Shown here piece by piece: positions 23,662 through 34,200 of a stretch of DNA of 64,000 nucleotides. Position numbers and translations under genes: made by a program. The stretch comes from Macrostomum lignano. Lineage: Eukaryota. The notes under the pieces were generated by a model. That model was given only the letters and a program-made list of their open reading frames with translations. It searched no databases and was not told the DNA's origin. Position 1 is the stretch's first letter. Each line of letters begins with the position of its first letter. The stretch spans positions 1 through 64,000 of the forward strand of contig NIVC01000452.1 of the NCBI GenBank assembly GCA_002269645.1. Reading direction: 5' to 3'.

Positions 23662-24400
23662 GATGGCAGCCGGCATTAGGCCGATGGTAGCCGGCAGGAG
23701 CAGGCCGATGGTAGCCGGCAGGAGCAGGCCGATGGTGGCCGGCAGGAGGCCGATGGTAGCCGTCAGGAGGCCGATGGTAGCCGGCAGGAGGCCGATGGTA
23801 GCCAGCAGGAGTCCAATGGTAGCCGGCAGGAGCAGGCCGATGGTAGCCGGCAGGAGGCCGATGGTAGCCGGCGTGAGCAGGCCGATGGTAGCCGGCAGGA
23901 GCAGGCCGATGGTAGCCGGCAGGAGGCCGATGGTAGCCGGCAGGAGGCCGATGGTAGCCGGCAGGAGGCCGATGGTAGCCAGCAGGAGGCCGATGGTAGC
24001 CGGCAGGAGCAGGCCGATGGTAGCCGGCAGGAGCAGGCCGATGGTAGCCGGCAGGAGCAGGCCGATGGTAGCCGGCAGGAGCAGGCCGATGGTAGCCGGC
24101 AGGAGGCCGATGGTAGCCGGCAGGAGGCCGATGGTAGCCAGCAGGAGGCCGATGGTAGCCGGCAGGAGCAGGCCGATGGTAGCCGGCAGGAGCAGGCCGA
24201 TGGTAGCCGGCAGGAGGCCGATGGTGGCCGGCAGGAGGCCGATGGTAGCCGGCAGGAGGCCGATGGTAGCCGGCAGGAGGCCGATGGTAGCCGGCAGGAG
24301 GCCGATGGTAGTCGGCAGGAGGCCGATGGTAGCCAGCAGGAGGCCGATGGTAGCCAGCAGGAAGCCGATGGTAGCCGACAGGAGGCCGATGGTGGCTGGC
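23662..24400. repeat. 21/24-bp minisatellite (GGCCGATGGTAGCCGGCAGGA[GCA]) in the 3' UTR of the Gypsy element
   Basis: About 33 units; open on both strands (MVAGRRP / IGLLPAT). Confidence 0.92.
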
Positions 24401-24767
24401 AGGAGACCGATCCCCCCCCCCCTAATAACTACAACTGCAGAACCCCCCCCAAAGACGAAAGAAAAAAACCTAAGGTGGAAAGGCACAAGAAAGCTAGGAA
24501 AGTTTCACACCAGGCTTAGAGCGTTGCAGCAACGATAGCCCGCAACACAGCCAAGGCAAACGATATGTGTGAAAACCAAAGCAGACCACCAGCACTGAAA
24601 ACTGAAAACTCAAATTTACCTTTTCATGGTTACTTTAACGACTGCTGCAATGTCGTATTCGAATATTTCCATTTCAATATTTTTGGATTTTTTAAAAGTT
24701 TTTTTTGTCAGTTACAAATCATTAGTAGTGAGCAATGACCCCAAGTAAGCCCCATTAAGGTTAAACG

Positions 24768-27700
24768 CTAGGCGCTGTTGCTTAAATGTCCGTTCCTCGA
24801 ACACAGACGCACTATAGTGTTCAAGAAACGCTGAGGCTTACGCACCAGACGGCCGGAACGGGTCGTCGTAATCGACGTAGTGACTGGACCAGCTGGAAAT
24901 GCTTCCACTTTATCACTATCCACGGTATCTTGCGCTGGTGGTGTCTCTTGAATACAATGGCTGCCACTCGTCGGACTTTCTGGACGCAAGCCGTCCATTG
25001 CAGGCATGGTAGTGCTGCTTTCATGGACTCGAGATTCTGGCAGCTGTTCTTCTGTGTTGTTCTGCGGTACTTCCACTTCTGCACCAATTTCAGGTACCTG
25101 GTAATCCTGTTGCAGATTCCCCGAGTCTGCCACTTCTACGAAAGCGCTAGGCAAGCTTGGCGACTGGTTTCGTGCTAAACGATCAGGCGACGATGTGCAC
25201 AGAAAATCAGGCGCTACTGTGCGCGGTGGATCAGGCGCTGATGTGTTCGGTGGATCAGGCGCTGATGTGTGCGGTGGATCAGGCGCTGATGTGTGCGGTG
25301 GATCAGGCGCTAATGTGCGCGGTGGATCAGGCGCTGATGTGTGCGGTGGACCAGGCGCTGGTGGATGCGGTGGACCAGGCGCTGGTGGATGCGGTGGATC
25401 AGGCGCTGATGTGCGCGGTGGATCAGGCGCTGATGTGTTCGGTGGATCAGGCGCTGATGTGTGCGGTGGATCAGGCGCTGATGTGTGCGGTGGATCAGGC
25501 GCTAATGTGCGCGGTGGATCAGGCGCTGATGTGTGCGGTGGACCAGGCGCTGGTGGATGCGGTGGATCAGGCGCTGGTGTGTGTGGTGGATCAGGCGCTG
25601 ATGTGTTCGGTGGATCAGGCGCTGATGTGTGCGGTGGATCAGGCGCTGATGTGTGCGGTGGATCAGGCGCTAATGTGCGCGGTGGATCAGGCGCTGGTGT
25701 GTGTGGTGGATCAGGCGCTGATGTGTGCGGTGGATCAGGCGCTTCGTCATCCTGTGTGTTGGGAACTTCAGCTTCTGGTTCCGGCTCACTGCAGGTAGTG
25801 GCCGATGAACCCCAGGAGTCACTGCGAGACTCGGATTGATCATCCAGTTGGCCTAATCTCGAAGGTGGAATCAGAGCTGGGACCCTGAGTTCGAACCGGT
25901 CGGCGATATCTTGGTACGTTTGCTTGCGGATACACCGCTTCATTCGGTCTACGTTGTAGATGTTATGACTCGGATTTGGTGTTTGGCAGATTGGATTGAT
26001 GCGAGCGAATTCGGGAATGAGGCGGTAGTTTCGCTCAGAAACCTTTTGAACTACTTTGTATGGCCCTAACCAGACGGCTGAGTCTAATCCCCGATGGTCG
26101 GGGTTGAGTACCCACACCAGTTCTCCGATTTCGAAGTTGGAGTGAATGGTATTACGATCATAATTCCGCTTTTGCCTCTGTTGGGCCTTACCTCGCTCCA
26201 TGCGGGCGATCGCCGATACCTCCACCAATAGTTTGTGCAGCTTGTGTGCATAACAGTCTGGATCATACCTGTCGTGCCTTGGCGGGTTGAACAGCAGGTC
26301 TAGAGGCAGCACAAGTTCCCGACCGAAAAATAGCCTGGCTGGGGTCCAGCCTGTGGATTCGGCCACAGTCGTCCGGATTGAAAGACCGGCCAAACGAGCT
26401 GCATAGACCCAATTGACTCTTTTTTCAAGGCAAATTGCACGAATCTGCGCTTTGATTGATTGTATGGTCCTTTCCGCTTTACCGTTTGATTGCGGCCTGT
26501 GTGCGGTGATACGTGCCATGTCTATTTCAAGTAGTCTGGTGAGCTCCGCTACCGTTTTATTTATGAAGGCCGTGCCATTATCCGAAACAAGTTTCTCCAT
26601 AGTGCCATATCGAACTATCCACTCGGTTAGTATAACTGTGGCGGTAGTTGCGGCCGAGACGTCTGGAACAGGCACGATCTCTACATACCCAGAAAAGTTA
26701 TCTACTAGCACCAGCAAGTAACGGTTGCCCTCCTGCTCTGGGAAAGGCCCTGCGTGGTCAACGTGCACAATTTGATTTGGATAGCCTGATAAAATTGGTT
26801 CTAATGGTTCTTTATTCTTCCGTTTGTTCTTCTTAGTGCGGCAGCATACCTCGCATTCAGCAATGATTCCCTTCACGAATACTTCGAGGTTTGTGATTTG
26901 GAACCTTTGTTTTAAGGCCCGGACTGTTTTGTTGATTCCGCAGTGATTAATGTCTCTGTGATAGCAGGAAACTAGCTCATCAACATCTGCTGTCTCTGGT
27001 ATGATTATGAGTCGCTGACTGACTTGGCCCTGCTTAGCGGGTTTGACGCGAGTCAGAAGGCCATTTACAACCTCGAGTTCGTCAAACATGGCCCAAAGCG
27101 TTCGAATTTCACGACTGCAGTCCTGGACTTCAACCTTAGTTAGTCTTGGAGATTTCCCTTCAACGGCCTCAATCAATCTCACGAGATCTGTGCTAGATTC
27201 TTGAGCTTCTCTAGCCCATAGATTCTCGGAGTTTTCTGACATCTCATCCTCAGATGTTTCTCCCTCCGGGTCCGGTTCCTGGGCTGTCGAAGGCAAGCTA
27301 AGGGACCGATGGCTTCTGACCTCATCCGACCCTTCATGGCTGGTCAAAATCTCGGAAGGATACTTCGGCTCTTGGTTTGATTGGTGGGGCTCCGTCTGGC
27401 AGCAAGCGTCTATTTGTGCTGTTCTCAGCTGCACAGCGGGCATGCTGTCTGTATCCTCATCCTCGTCCTGGCACCTTTGCTCCTCCAACTTCCTAAATTT
27501 GTCTTGGAAAGCAGGGATTTTGCTGCACGTTGGGCAGTCATGGTGATCTGACCTAAACCTGGGGTTGCGGCTGAGCATATCCGCGTTAACATGATCACGG
27601 CCAGGACGATGCTCCACTGAGAAGTCATACTCCGCAAGTCGTTCCAGTGGTGTCTGACATACCTTAAAGTTGTAGACGTCAATGGTTGCCAGCCACTGAG

Positions 27701-30700
27701 CTAGCATGCCCGTGCTATGTTTTTTGGTGTGCAGCCACTGCAAGGCTGCTGCATCGGAACGCACCAGAAAACTGCGGTCCAAGAGGTACGTTCTGAAGTG
27801 TTCTAACATAATGACCAAGCCAAGTAGTTCGCGCATAGTAGCACAATAGTTCCGCTGGGAGTGCGTGAATTTCTTGGACGCGTACGCCACAACGTGCTCT
27901 TGTCCATCTGGGCCTTCTTGTGACAATACTCCGCCAACTCCTTCGAGCGAGGAGTCACAGTCCAAGATGAAGGGCCCAGCTGACGGCTTGAGGTCAGGAT
28001 ATGCTAGAACTGGAGGAGCACATAAATTGGCCTTCAACTCTTCAAATGCTCTGTCGTGATGTTCGAGCCAGCAGAATTTTGATGACCCTTTGGCCAACGA
28101 ATACAGAGGAGATGCGATTACAGAAAATCGAGCTACAAATTTCCTGTAGTAATTCGCGAATCCAAGAAAAGCTAGTAATTGCCTCTTGTCTGTTGGCTTG
28201 CACCAGTTTCTAACAGCGTCGATCTTAGTCGGATCTGCTTCTATGCCCTGGGAGGAGACGACGAATCCTAAGAAACGAACTCGATCCTTAAAAAGTTCAC
28301 ATTTCGATGGCTTGATTTTTAGATTGGCCTTTTTAAGTTGCCAAAGGACAAGGGCCAGGTGGACGATCATTTCGTCATTGTCTCTGGCTTTTATAATGAT
28401 GTCGTCCAAGTAGATGAGGCTGACGCGCATTAATAAAGGTCGGAAAACTTTGTGCATCAACTTGGCAAAGTTCGCTGGGGCTGTTTTTATCCCGAATGGG
28501 ACAACTTTCCAGCGATAGGTCCCCTGGGGACATGTGAAGGCCGTGAGATCACGGTCCTGTTCTCGGATACCTACCTGCCAGTAGGCAGATGTAAGATCTA
28601 AACTTGAGAATACCTTTGACCCCGCTAAGCTATCAAAGGACTCCTCTATTAGAGGCAGCGGAAAGGTGCACGGTTTTATGACTTTGTTGACACTACGGTA
28701 ATCAATGCAAAGGCGCTGCGAGCCGTCTTTTTTCCTAACTAAGACTATGGGAGAAGCCCATTCTGAGTTGCTTTCTTCGATTACTCCTTGTTCAATTAGC
28801 TGGTTTATGTGCCGATCTAAAAATTCTTTTTGCGCTGGTGTTGTGCGTCTTGAGGGTTGCGAGATGGGTCGGCAGGTTGGTTCGTTGAGCTCAATAGCCA
28901 TCTCGTGAAGGTGTGTTTTCCCTAAATCCGTGTCACTTTTAGATATCGCACTGAGGAAATAGTTTAACAGTTTTAATGTTATTGTCAACTGGGTTTCTGA
29001 CAGGGTGGACTCTTCTAGTTTGAACTGCTTCTTTAGCCAAGATGCTGTGCCAAGATCAGGGTCAGGAAGTCTAGCAAGCTTGGTTCCCAGATCTTTGGAA
29101 CTGCTAACTGAGAAGTCCTTCTCGGTGAGAGCAGTGTGCGAGATGGTCTCACCAACTCTTAAGCTTTGAAAGGAGGCGATCTCCTGTCCCGCAGCAATTT
29201 CGGACGGCTGGTTGCCACTATTCAATAGGCGTACCAGGACATGACCAGTGCTGCTCACACTATCCACAGAATGAGCCACAAAGAATTCCGAGTCAGAACA
29301 AAAGAGCTTGGTGCCCAGGAATCCAGGAGAGCCAGGATCTGCACCAATGACTCGGCTTGGCACCATGGTCTCTGATCTGGGGGGTAACTGCACGTTGCAA
29401 GCTGCAGTGACTCTGCGAGCTTGAAAGACTCCCCGATCGCCTTCAATCACAGGTACCACTTCGCCCGCTACAGTTACCTGACCATCTGCAACAAGCAGGT
29501 TCACGTTAAAACCTCTCATAAAGTCTATTCCTAAGAGGACGTCTGTAACTTGACCTTCTGTGACTAGGAACACGTGAGTCTGTGATATTTTGCCCAGCTT
29601 GACTTCACAGTGTAGGGTGCCTAGAATCTGTGTCGAGGTACCATTAAATGCTGTTGCAGCTTGGTATTTTCTAGCAGGAATAAATGTATTGTTGATTGGA
29701 TCGTTTGCAATCAGTTGGTCTCTGACTTTGGTGCCCATGACGCTTGCATTGCAACCTGAATCAAGGCAAGCGATGACCTTGTTGTCTCCAATTCCCAACT
29801 GCACAAACATACTAGACTCGACTGGAGTATCGGCCGCCCAGGATTGGTCACATCGGACAGGCATTTGGTAGCGACAGACCCCTACTGCTCTATCATGTTT
29901 GTGACCAGGATCTGCTCGGCGTAAGAATTGCACAGTTGTGCCTACTAACTGATGGCTGTTTGCAACCTGTTTTAACTCGTTGTCAAGGCTGGAATAATGG
30001 CAAAAGAGGGAGTCTGGCATCTGACTTGGCTGGATAAAGCCAAATCCACCTTTCCAAACCGTTATGGTTCCTATTTCCATCATTGGGGCCATACCAGTTG
30101 GTCTTCCACCTGCCCCTACCCCATTGGAGGGCGGTGGTTTCGGGCAGTCCGCAGTTAAATGGTCATGGTCGCTGCACCGATTGCATCGCTTAGGGGATTT
30201 AGACCAACGACTACTGTTCTTGTACTGGCCAGATTGTCCCAGATTGACAGGCGGCACTTGTGAAGGAAAGTTCTGAAAATCTTTTGAATTATGATCTGAA
30301 GACTGAGTGGTCTGATTCTGTTGAACTAGTTTTTCAAGCTCGCGGATTCGGGCTTCTAATTCTGCTGTTCTGTCAGGGGCGGCAGCTCTGATGACTGGAG
30401 TTACTTCACTAGATAAGAGCTTCTTGACACCGGCAATTTCCCTGGCCTTTTTTGCTAAATCTTCAGCAGACCATGTTGGGTTTTCTTGACCCAGGAGGAT
30501 CAGTCTTTCAGCAAGACCCTTATCTCTCAGACCATAGCAAAACCGAGCTCGCACCAAGGGTTCGGCGGTAGGTTTTTTAAGATTAGCAGACTTTGATAGT
30601 CTTGTTAGTCTGTCAAAGAACTCCTGTGTTGTTTCCGAGTTTAACTGTTCGGCAACCGCAAGCTCTAAGTAGCTTTTGTGTTCTGTTCCCGAATCTGTGA

Positions 30701-31211
30701 ATCGATCTTTCAGACTTTTTAGTGCAGTTTGAATGGACTCGCGGTGCAGAGAGTTGTTAAAAATGAATTCTTGGCACTCAGGTGCGAGCATTGACAATAG
30801 GACAGCTGGTTGCTGAGGTGTTGGGACATGATGAGCTTCAACATAAGTCAGAAACTGTGTCTCCCATAGTTCGAAATTCATTTGGGGTTGAAAGGGTGGT
30901 GGTGGTCGTAGCTTTGGGCTCGAGTTTGAAAGTTTCTCAGCTGCTGCGGAAGCCTCTCTGTCACAAGTTTTCTCTAGGATCATTGTTAGAGTCTGGAGGA
31001 CCTTACTTAAGTCTGACTGCTCTGCCATACCATGTGGTGGTTTCGCATCCATACTTGTGTCTCCAACCTGTGCAGCCTGTTGGCTTGAGGCACCAGCTTC
31101 AGGTTGCGTTGATGTGCTACTCTCTGTCTGCAACTGTAAAACCTGCTGGCCCTGGCCAGCAGCCCGATTGGGCGACAAGGCCTCATCACTTTCTTCGTTA
31201 GAAGAGGACAT
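24768..31211 (-). CDS. Uninterrupted Gag-Pol polyprotein, 2147 aa: Gag, CCHC knuckle, cold-shock domain, protease, RT, RNase H, integrase with GPY/F, Pro-rich repeat tail
   Basis: CNRCSDHDHLTADC (30144-30185); GFGFIQ..LFCHYS (29871-30080); CLDSG (near 29755); YLDD (28401-28412); ILDCDSS; H..INH..CEVC; VDHAGP / SDNG / KAER; WLGPYKV. Confidence 0.95.
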   Translation of the reverse strand: MSSSNEESDEALSPNRAAGQGQQVLQLQTESSTSTQPEAGASSQQAAQVGDTSMDAKPPHGMAEQSDLSKVLQTLTMILEKTCDREASAAAEKLSNSSPKLRPPPPFQPQMNFELWETQFLTYVEAHHVPTPQQPAVLLSMLAPECQEFIFNNSLHRESIQTALKSLKDRFTDSGTEHKSYLELAVAEQLNSETTQEFFDRLTRLSKSANLKKPTAEPLVRARFCYGLRDKGLAERLILLGQENPTWSAEDLAKKAREIAGVKKLLSSEVTPVIRAAAPDRTAELEARIRELEKLVQQNQTTQSSDHNSKDFQNFPSQVPPVNLGQSGQYKNSSRWSKSPKRCNRCSDHDHLTADCPKPPPSNGVGAGGRPTGMAPMMEIGTITVWKGGFGFIQPSQMPDSLFCHYSSLDNELKQVANSHQLVGTTVQFLRRADPGHKHDRAVGVCRYQMPVRCDQSWAADTPVESSMFVQLGIGDNKVIACLDSGCNASVMGTKVRDQLIANDPINNTFIPARKYQAATAFNGTSTQILGTLHCEVKLGKISQTHVFLVTEGQVTDVLLGIDFMRGFNVNLLVADGQVTVAGEVVPVIEGDRGVFQARRVTAACNVQLPPRSETMVPSRVIGADPGSPGFLGTKLFCSDSEFFVAHSVDSVSSTGHVLVRLLNSGNQPSEIAAGQEIASFQSLRVGETISHTALTEKDFSVSSSKDLGTKLARLPDPDLGTASWLKKQFKLEESTLSETQLTITLKLLNYFLSAISKSDTDLGKTHLHEMAIELNEPTCRPISQPSRRTTPAQKEFLDRHINQLIEQGVIEESNSEWASPIVLVRKKDGSQRLCIDYRSVNKVIKPCTFPLPLIEESFDSLAGSKVFSSLDLTSAYWQVGIREQDRDLTAFTCPQGTYRWKVVPFGIKTAPANFAKLMHKVFRPLLMRVSLIYLDDIIIKARDNDEMIVHLALVLWQLKKANLKIKPSKCELFKDRVRFLGFVVSSQGIEADPTKIDAVRNWCKPTDKRQLLAFLGFANYYRKFVARFSVIASPLYSLAKGSSKFCWLEHHDRAFEELKANLCAPPVLAYPDLKPSAGPFILDCDSSLEGVGGVLSQEGPDGQEHVVAYASKKFTHSQRNYCATMRELLGLVIMLEHFRTYLLDRSFLVRSDAAALQWLHTKKHSTGMLAQWLATIDVYNFKVCQTPLERLAEYDFSVEHRPGRDHVNADMLSRNPRFRSDHHDCPTCSKIPAFQDKFRKLEEQRCQDEDEDTDSMPAVQLRTAQIDACCQTEPHQSNQEPKYPSEILTSHEGSDEVRSHRSLSLPSTAQEPDPEGETSEDEMSENSENLWAREAQESSTDLVRLIEAVEGKSPRLTKVEVQDCSREIRTLWAMFDELEVVNGLLTRVKPAKQGQVSQRLIIIPETADVDELVSCYHRDINHCGINKTVRALKQRFQITNLEVFVKGIIAECEVCCRTKKNKRKNKEPLEPILSGYPNQIVHVDHAGPFPEQEGNRYLLVLVDNFSGYVEIVPVPDVSAATTATVILTEWIVRYGTMEKLVSDNGTAFINKTVAELTRLLEIDMARITAHRPQSNGKAERTIQSIKAQIRAICLEKRVNWVYAARLAGLSIRTTVAESTGWTPARLFFGRELVLPLDLLFNPPRHDRYDPDCYAHKLHKLLVEVSAIARMERGKAQQRQKRNYDRNTIHSNFEIGELVWVLNPDHRGLDSAVWLGPYKVVQKVSERNYRLIPEFARINPICQTPNPSHNIYNVDRMKRCIRKQTYQDIADRFELRVPALIPPSRLGQLDDQSESRSDSWGSSATTCSEPEPEAEVPNTQDDEAPDPPHTSAPDPPHTPAPDPPRTLAPDPPHTSAPDPPHTSAPDPPNTSAPDPPHTPAPDPPHPPAPGPPHTSAPDPPRTLAPDPPHTSAPDPPHTSAPDPPNTSAPDPPRTSAPDPPHPPAPGPPHPPAPGPPHTSAPDPPRTLAPDPPHTSAPDPPHTSAPDPPNTSAPDPPRTVAPDFLCTSSPDRLARNQSPSLPSAFVEVADSGNLQQDYQVPEIGAEVEVPQNNTEEQLPESRVHESSTTMPAMDGLRPESPTSGSHCIQETPPAQDTVDSDKVEAFPAGPVTTSITTTRSGRLVRKPQRFLNTIVRLCSRNGHLSNSA
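25185..25745 (-). repeat. Coding 24-bp repeat (APDPPHTS)n downstream of the integrase
   Basis: About 23-24 in-frame units in the Gag-Pol C-terminus. Confidence 0.92.
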
Positions 31212-34200
31212 TAGGAGACGAGATATGACAGATATTGCTTTGCCAGAGAGTGGCGAGAGGAAAGGCCAGATAATAAAAACACGAAAGAAGTCTGGCAGAG
31301 TTAAAGAGCCTCACTACAATTCCTAGAAAAATTAGACTAACCCAGAAAATATTATACTGGCTCTGCCAGACAGGCCCTATGTTCCTATGCAGAGTTGAAT
31401 ACTAAGAAAACTCCCTCACCTAGCTGGTCTCCTGCCACTGCCACGTGATTCGGTGTAGTCCTGGGTTGCCGCCGGCGTTGGCTTGGCCTCCCGGCTTAAG
31501 CTCAATTTGTTGTTGGTCAGTTGGTCTCTTGGCGCTTGTACTTGTAGTGCAGTCTCGATTGGCTGACTCTGACTGGCGTTGATTCTGACTGGGGTATCGT
31601 TGCGCGCAACCCCAAAGGACGAAAACTTGCAGGCAGTCGGGCAGGTAGCTTCTGGTTGGCCAGCTAAGGGGTGACTCGCGGTCACGTGATGGCGGGGGTT
31701 TGTCTCGCTCTCGCTGTTGGATGCAGGAACACTTGCCACTTGGTTTTAGAGTACCTGTGCACTGCTGCAGATACTTGATGGCATATAGCCGTATGCGAGC
31801 TGAATCCGAGCTGAAGCGAGTTCGACGAATTCGGTGGGACCCTCCAAATTTATGTGACGAGTTTATTTAGTTCGAGAACATGGGACTGATGCGCGTGCGC
31901 GTGCTGAGTCTGAGTGTTGATCTTGTCCTAGGCCAATATACGTATTATTAATTTAACAACTCAATTGCTAGTCTGAATAATGGTGAGTAGGTCAGAAGCA
32001 GTATGGCAATGCCAACTATTTACCAAAGGGTAATCTGAGACGATAATATAATGCTAATGCCACCCAGCCTACGGGAACTAAGACCAACACACAGAGCGCA
32101 GGACACTACACAAAAACTATCAAGAAGCAAAATTTGAATAACTGCACTAATTGAAAATAGAAAAACAAAATTAAACCAAATGGGGAAAGTAACTAAAAAA
32201 ATAGTTACAAACATTAGACCAAAATAGATATAGTTTTAAATATTAATTGCAAAAACCATAAATACGAAATTGAACATTTTCAATACAGAAGCGACGACGT
32301 TACATTAGTACACACCATCGCTCGCTACATCGATTAGGCGGTAGGCCCTAAGACTAGCGTGTAGCCTAGTCTAGGCCTATAACTCGTATGGATAATTAAG
32401 ATCTGCAGGCTTATAGCCCTAAGCCTAGGCCCTTTATGAATTATGAACAATCTCTGTTAGTATTTTAGGCCTGGCTCAGATCCAGAACATTTTTGAGGGG
32501 GGGGAATCTAATCTATACTAGATATAAATGTTAGTTATCTATATTAAAAATATGAATTCTAAGGCCTAGTTGTTTTATCCTAAATCCATTCTGACCATAG
32601 ATGTTTTGCCCCAAAGTATTTCATCTATAGTGACTATTATACCCACTAATTAGTTTGGCCATTAGATTTTTTAGTCACAATAATGATTACATGATATATA
32701 AGTATATATATAATATTAGATTATATTTAGCTTTTTAATAATTATTTTTGTCTAATTGTTCATATAAATTTGGTTAGGCCTAATTTTGATGTTTTTTTCT
32801 AGGGCCTAATTTGAATACTATTATAATATAAGTATATAAGTCCTAATTTTTTGCATACCTGTTGTGTAACCTGAAATATAGATACTGGCACATATGCATA
32901 CACAATTCCCCTGATTTACACTGACTAGCCTATGTGACTTACATTTTGACCTAAAATGCTACTCATATATGCCCAACCTCAAAATTTTACCTATCTAGTA
33001 TGACTTAGTTTTGTCCAGATTTGCGACTTACCTATGCACCACCACACTGAAGGACTGGGGGAGGGGGTAGCATGCTTATTAAAAAATGGAAGTATCTCAT
33101 TTCTCTTCCTTTTCTTTTGTCCTCACTCTCTTTACCAATTGATTTATTGGCCATCTTCCAGTTTCTTTTGCAATATTATTTTCAAGTTTGAATTGGTGCT
33201 ATAACTAGCCTAGGGGGTTCAGTAAAAATTTTTTTTTCTGAAACTCAAATTTTTAACTATGCCATGTTGTAGCCCTGGATGTTATGAGTGAAATGACACT
33301 AGACTTTTGAAAATTGATCAAGTAATAAAAAAGTTATGAAGTTTTTTGTTTCAAAAAATGGTGTTTTTTTTCTATCTCAAATACATTAAAAACTGTGCCA
33401 TTTTTGGGCAAAAAAGCATGTTTTTTGCAATAAAATGTCTGTAACTTTTTTACTTCATAACCCATTTTAGTGTTTTAAGTGTTATTTTGTACATTTTTGT
33501 TACCATTACATTTTCTAATATTTTTGTATATATATACTATTCTATATAAGCAGATATCTGGGGATTAAAACAGAAAAGGGGAAGAAAAATTTTTTTCTAG
33601 AGTACCATTTTTGACTTTATCATGGTATTCTTTCTATTAACCTTAATTTGTATTACTTTCATGTTAAAGTAATACTTGTATACTATAATTAGTAAGATTT
33701 TTGACTTTCTACTATAAGTAGTATGCAAAAAGTTGACCATTTTTTCCATGAAAATGGGTCTTCTAAAGTACCACTCTGGTTGTCTAAAAATCGATGTAGC
33801 TCCTGACAATCTTAATCTTCTATCTTCATGCTGAAGTTATTAAAAACTTTTTTGTAGTCCATCTGACAATTGCAATGAATCAATGCTTTACTAAGTAATA
33901 TGTTACTAAATCATGAACTTTCATGTTTGAAAAGGCCATGCCCGAATTCAGCAATTGAATCTACCTTTACAGGTTACCTGCATTATTTGATTCATTTACT
34001 TATTCACTGTGTCTACTTTTCAGCACAATAGCTTTCCATTGTAATCCAGTCAATTTGTCTGCTACCAATTCATCTGCAGTCAGCTCGTCAGCAAATATCT
34101 GAATGAGCATTTCGTCTGATGTGCTGGTCTTCTCATTGTACTATGAGTCTACTACAACTATAGCTACTACAGTCAAGCCAGTCAGGCATGATCAAGACAA

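Larger units (their letters stand above)
22917..32304 (-). mobile_element. Intact, young Ty3/Gypsy LTR retrotransposon (9.4 kb)
   Basis: 452-bp LTRs 22917-23368 and 31853-32304 (TG..CA), identical by eye; 4-bp TSD TTAG; tRNA-Gln-type PBS TGGAGGGTCCCACCGA at 31831-31846 (one extra G); PPT GGAAAGGGGCGGG at 23369-23381. Confidence 0.96.

Noticed and set aside
33050-33850. AT-rich segment resembling a MITE or DNA-transposon end
   Set aside because: Could not pair TIRs or find a TSD.
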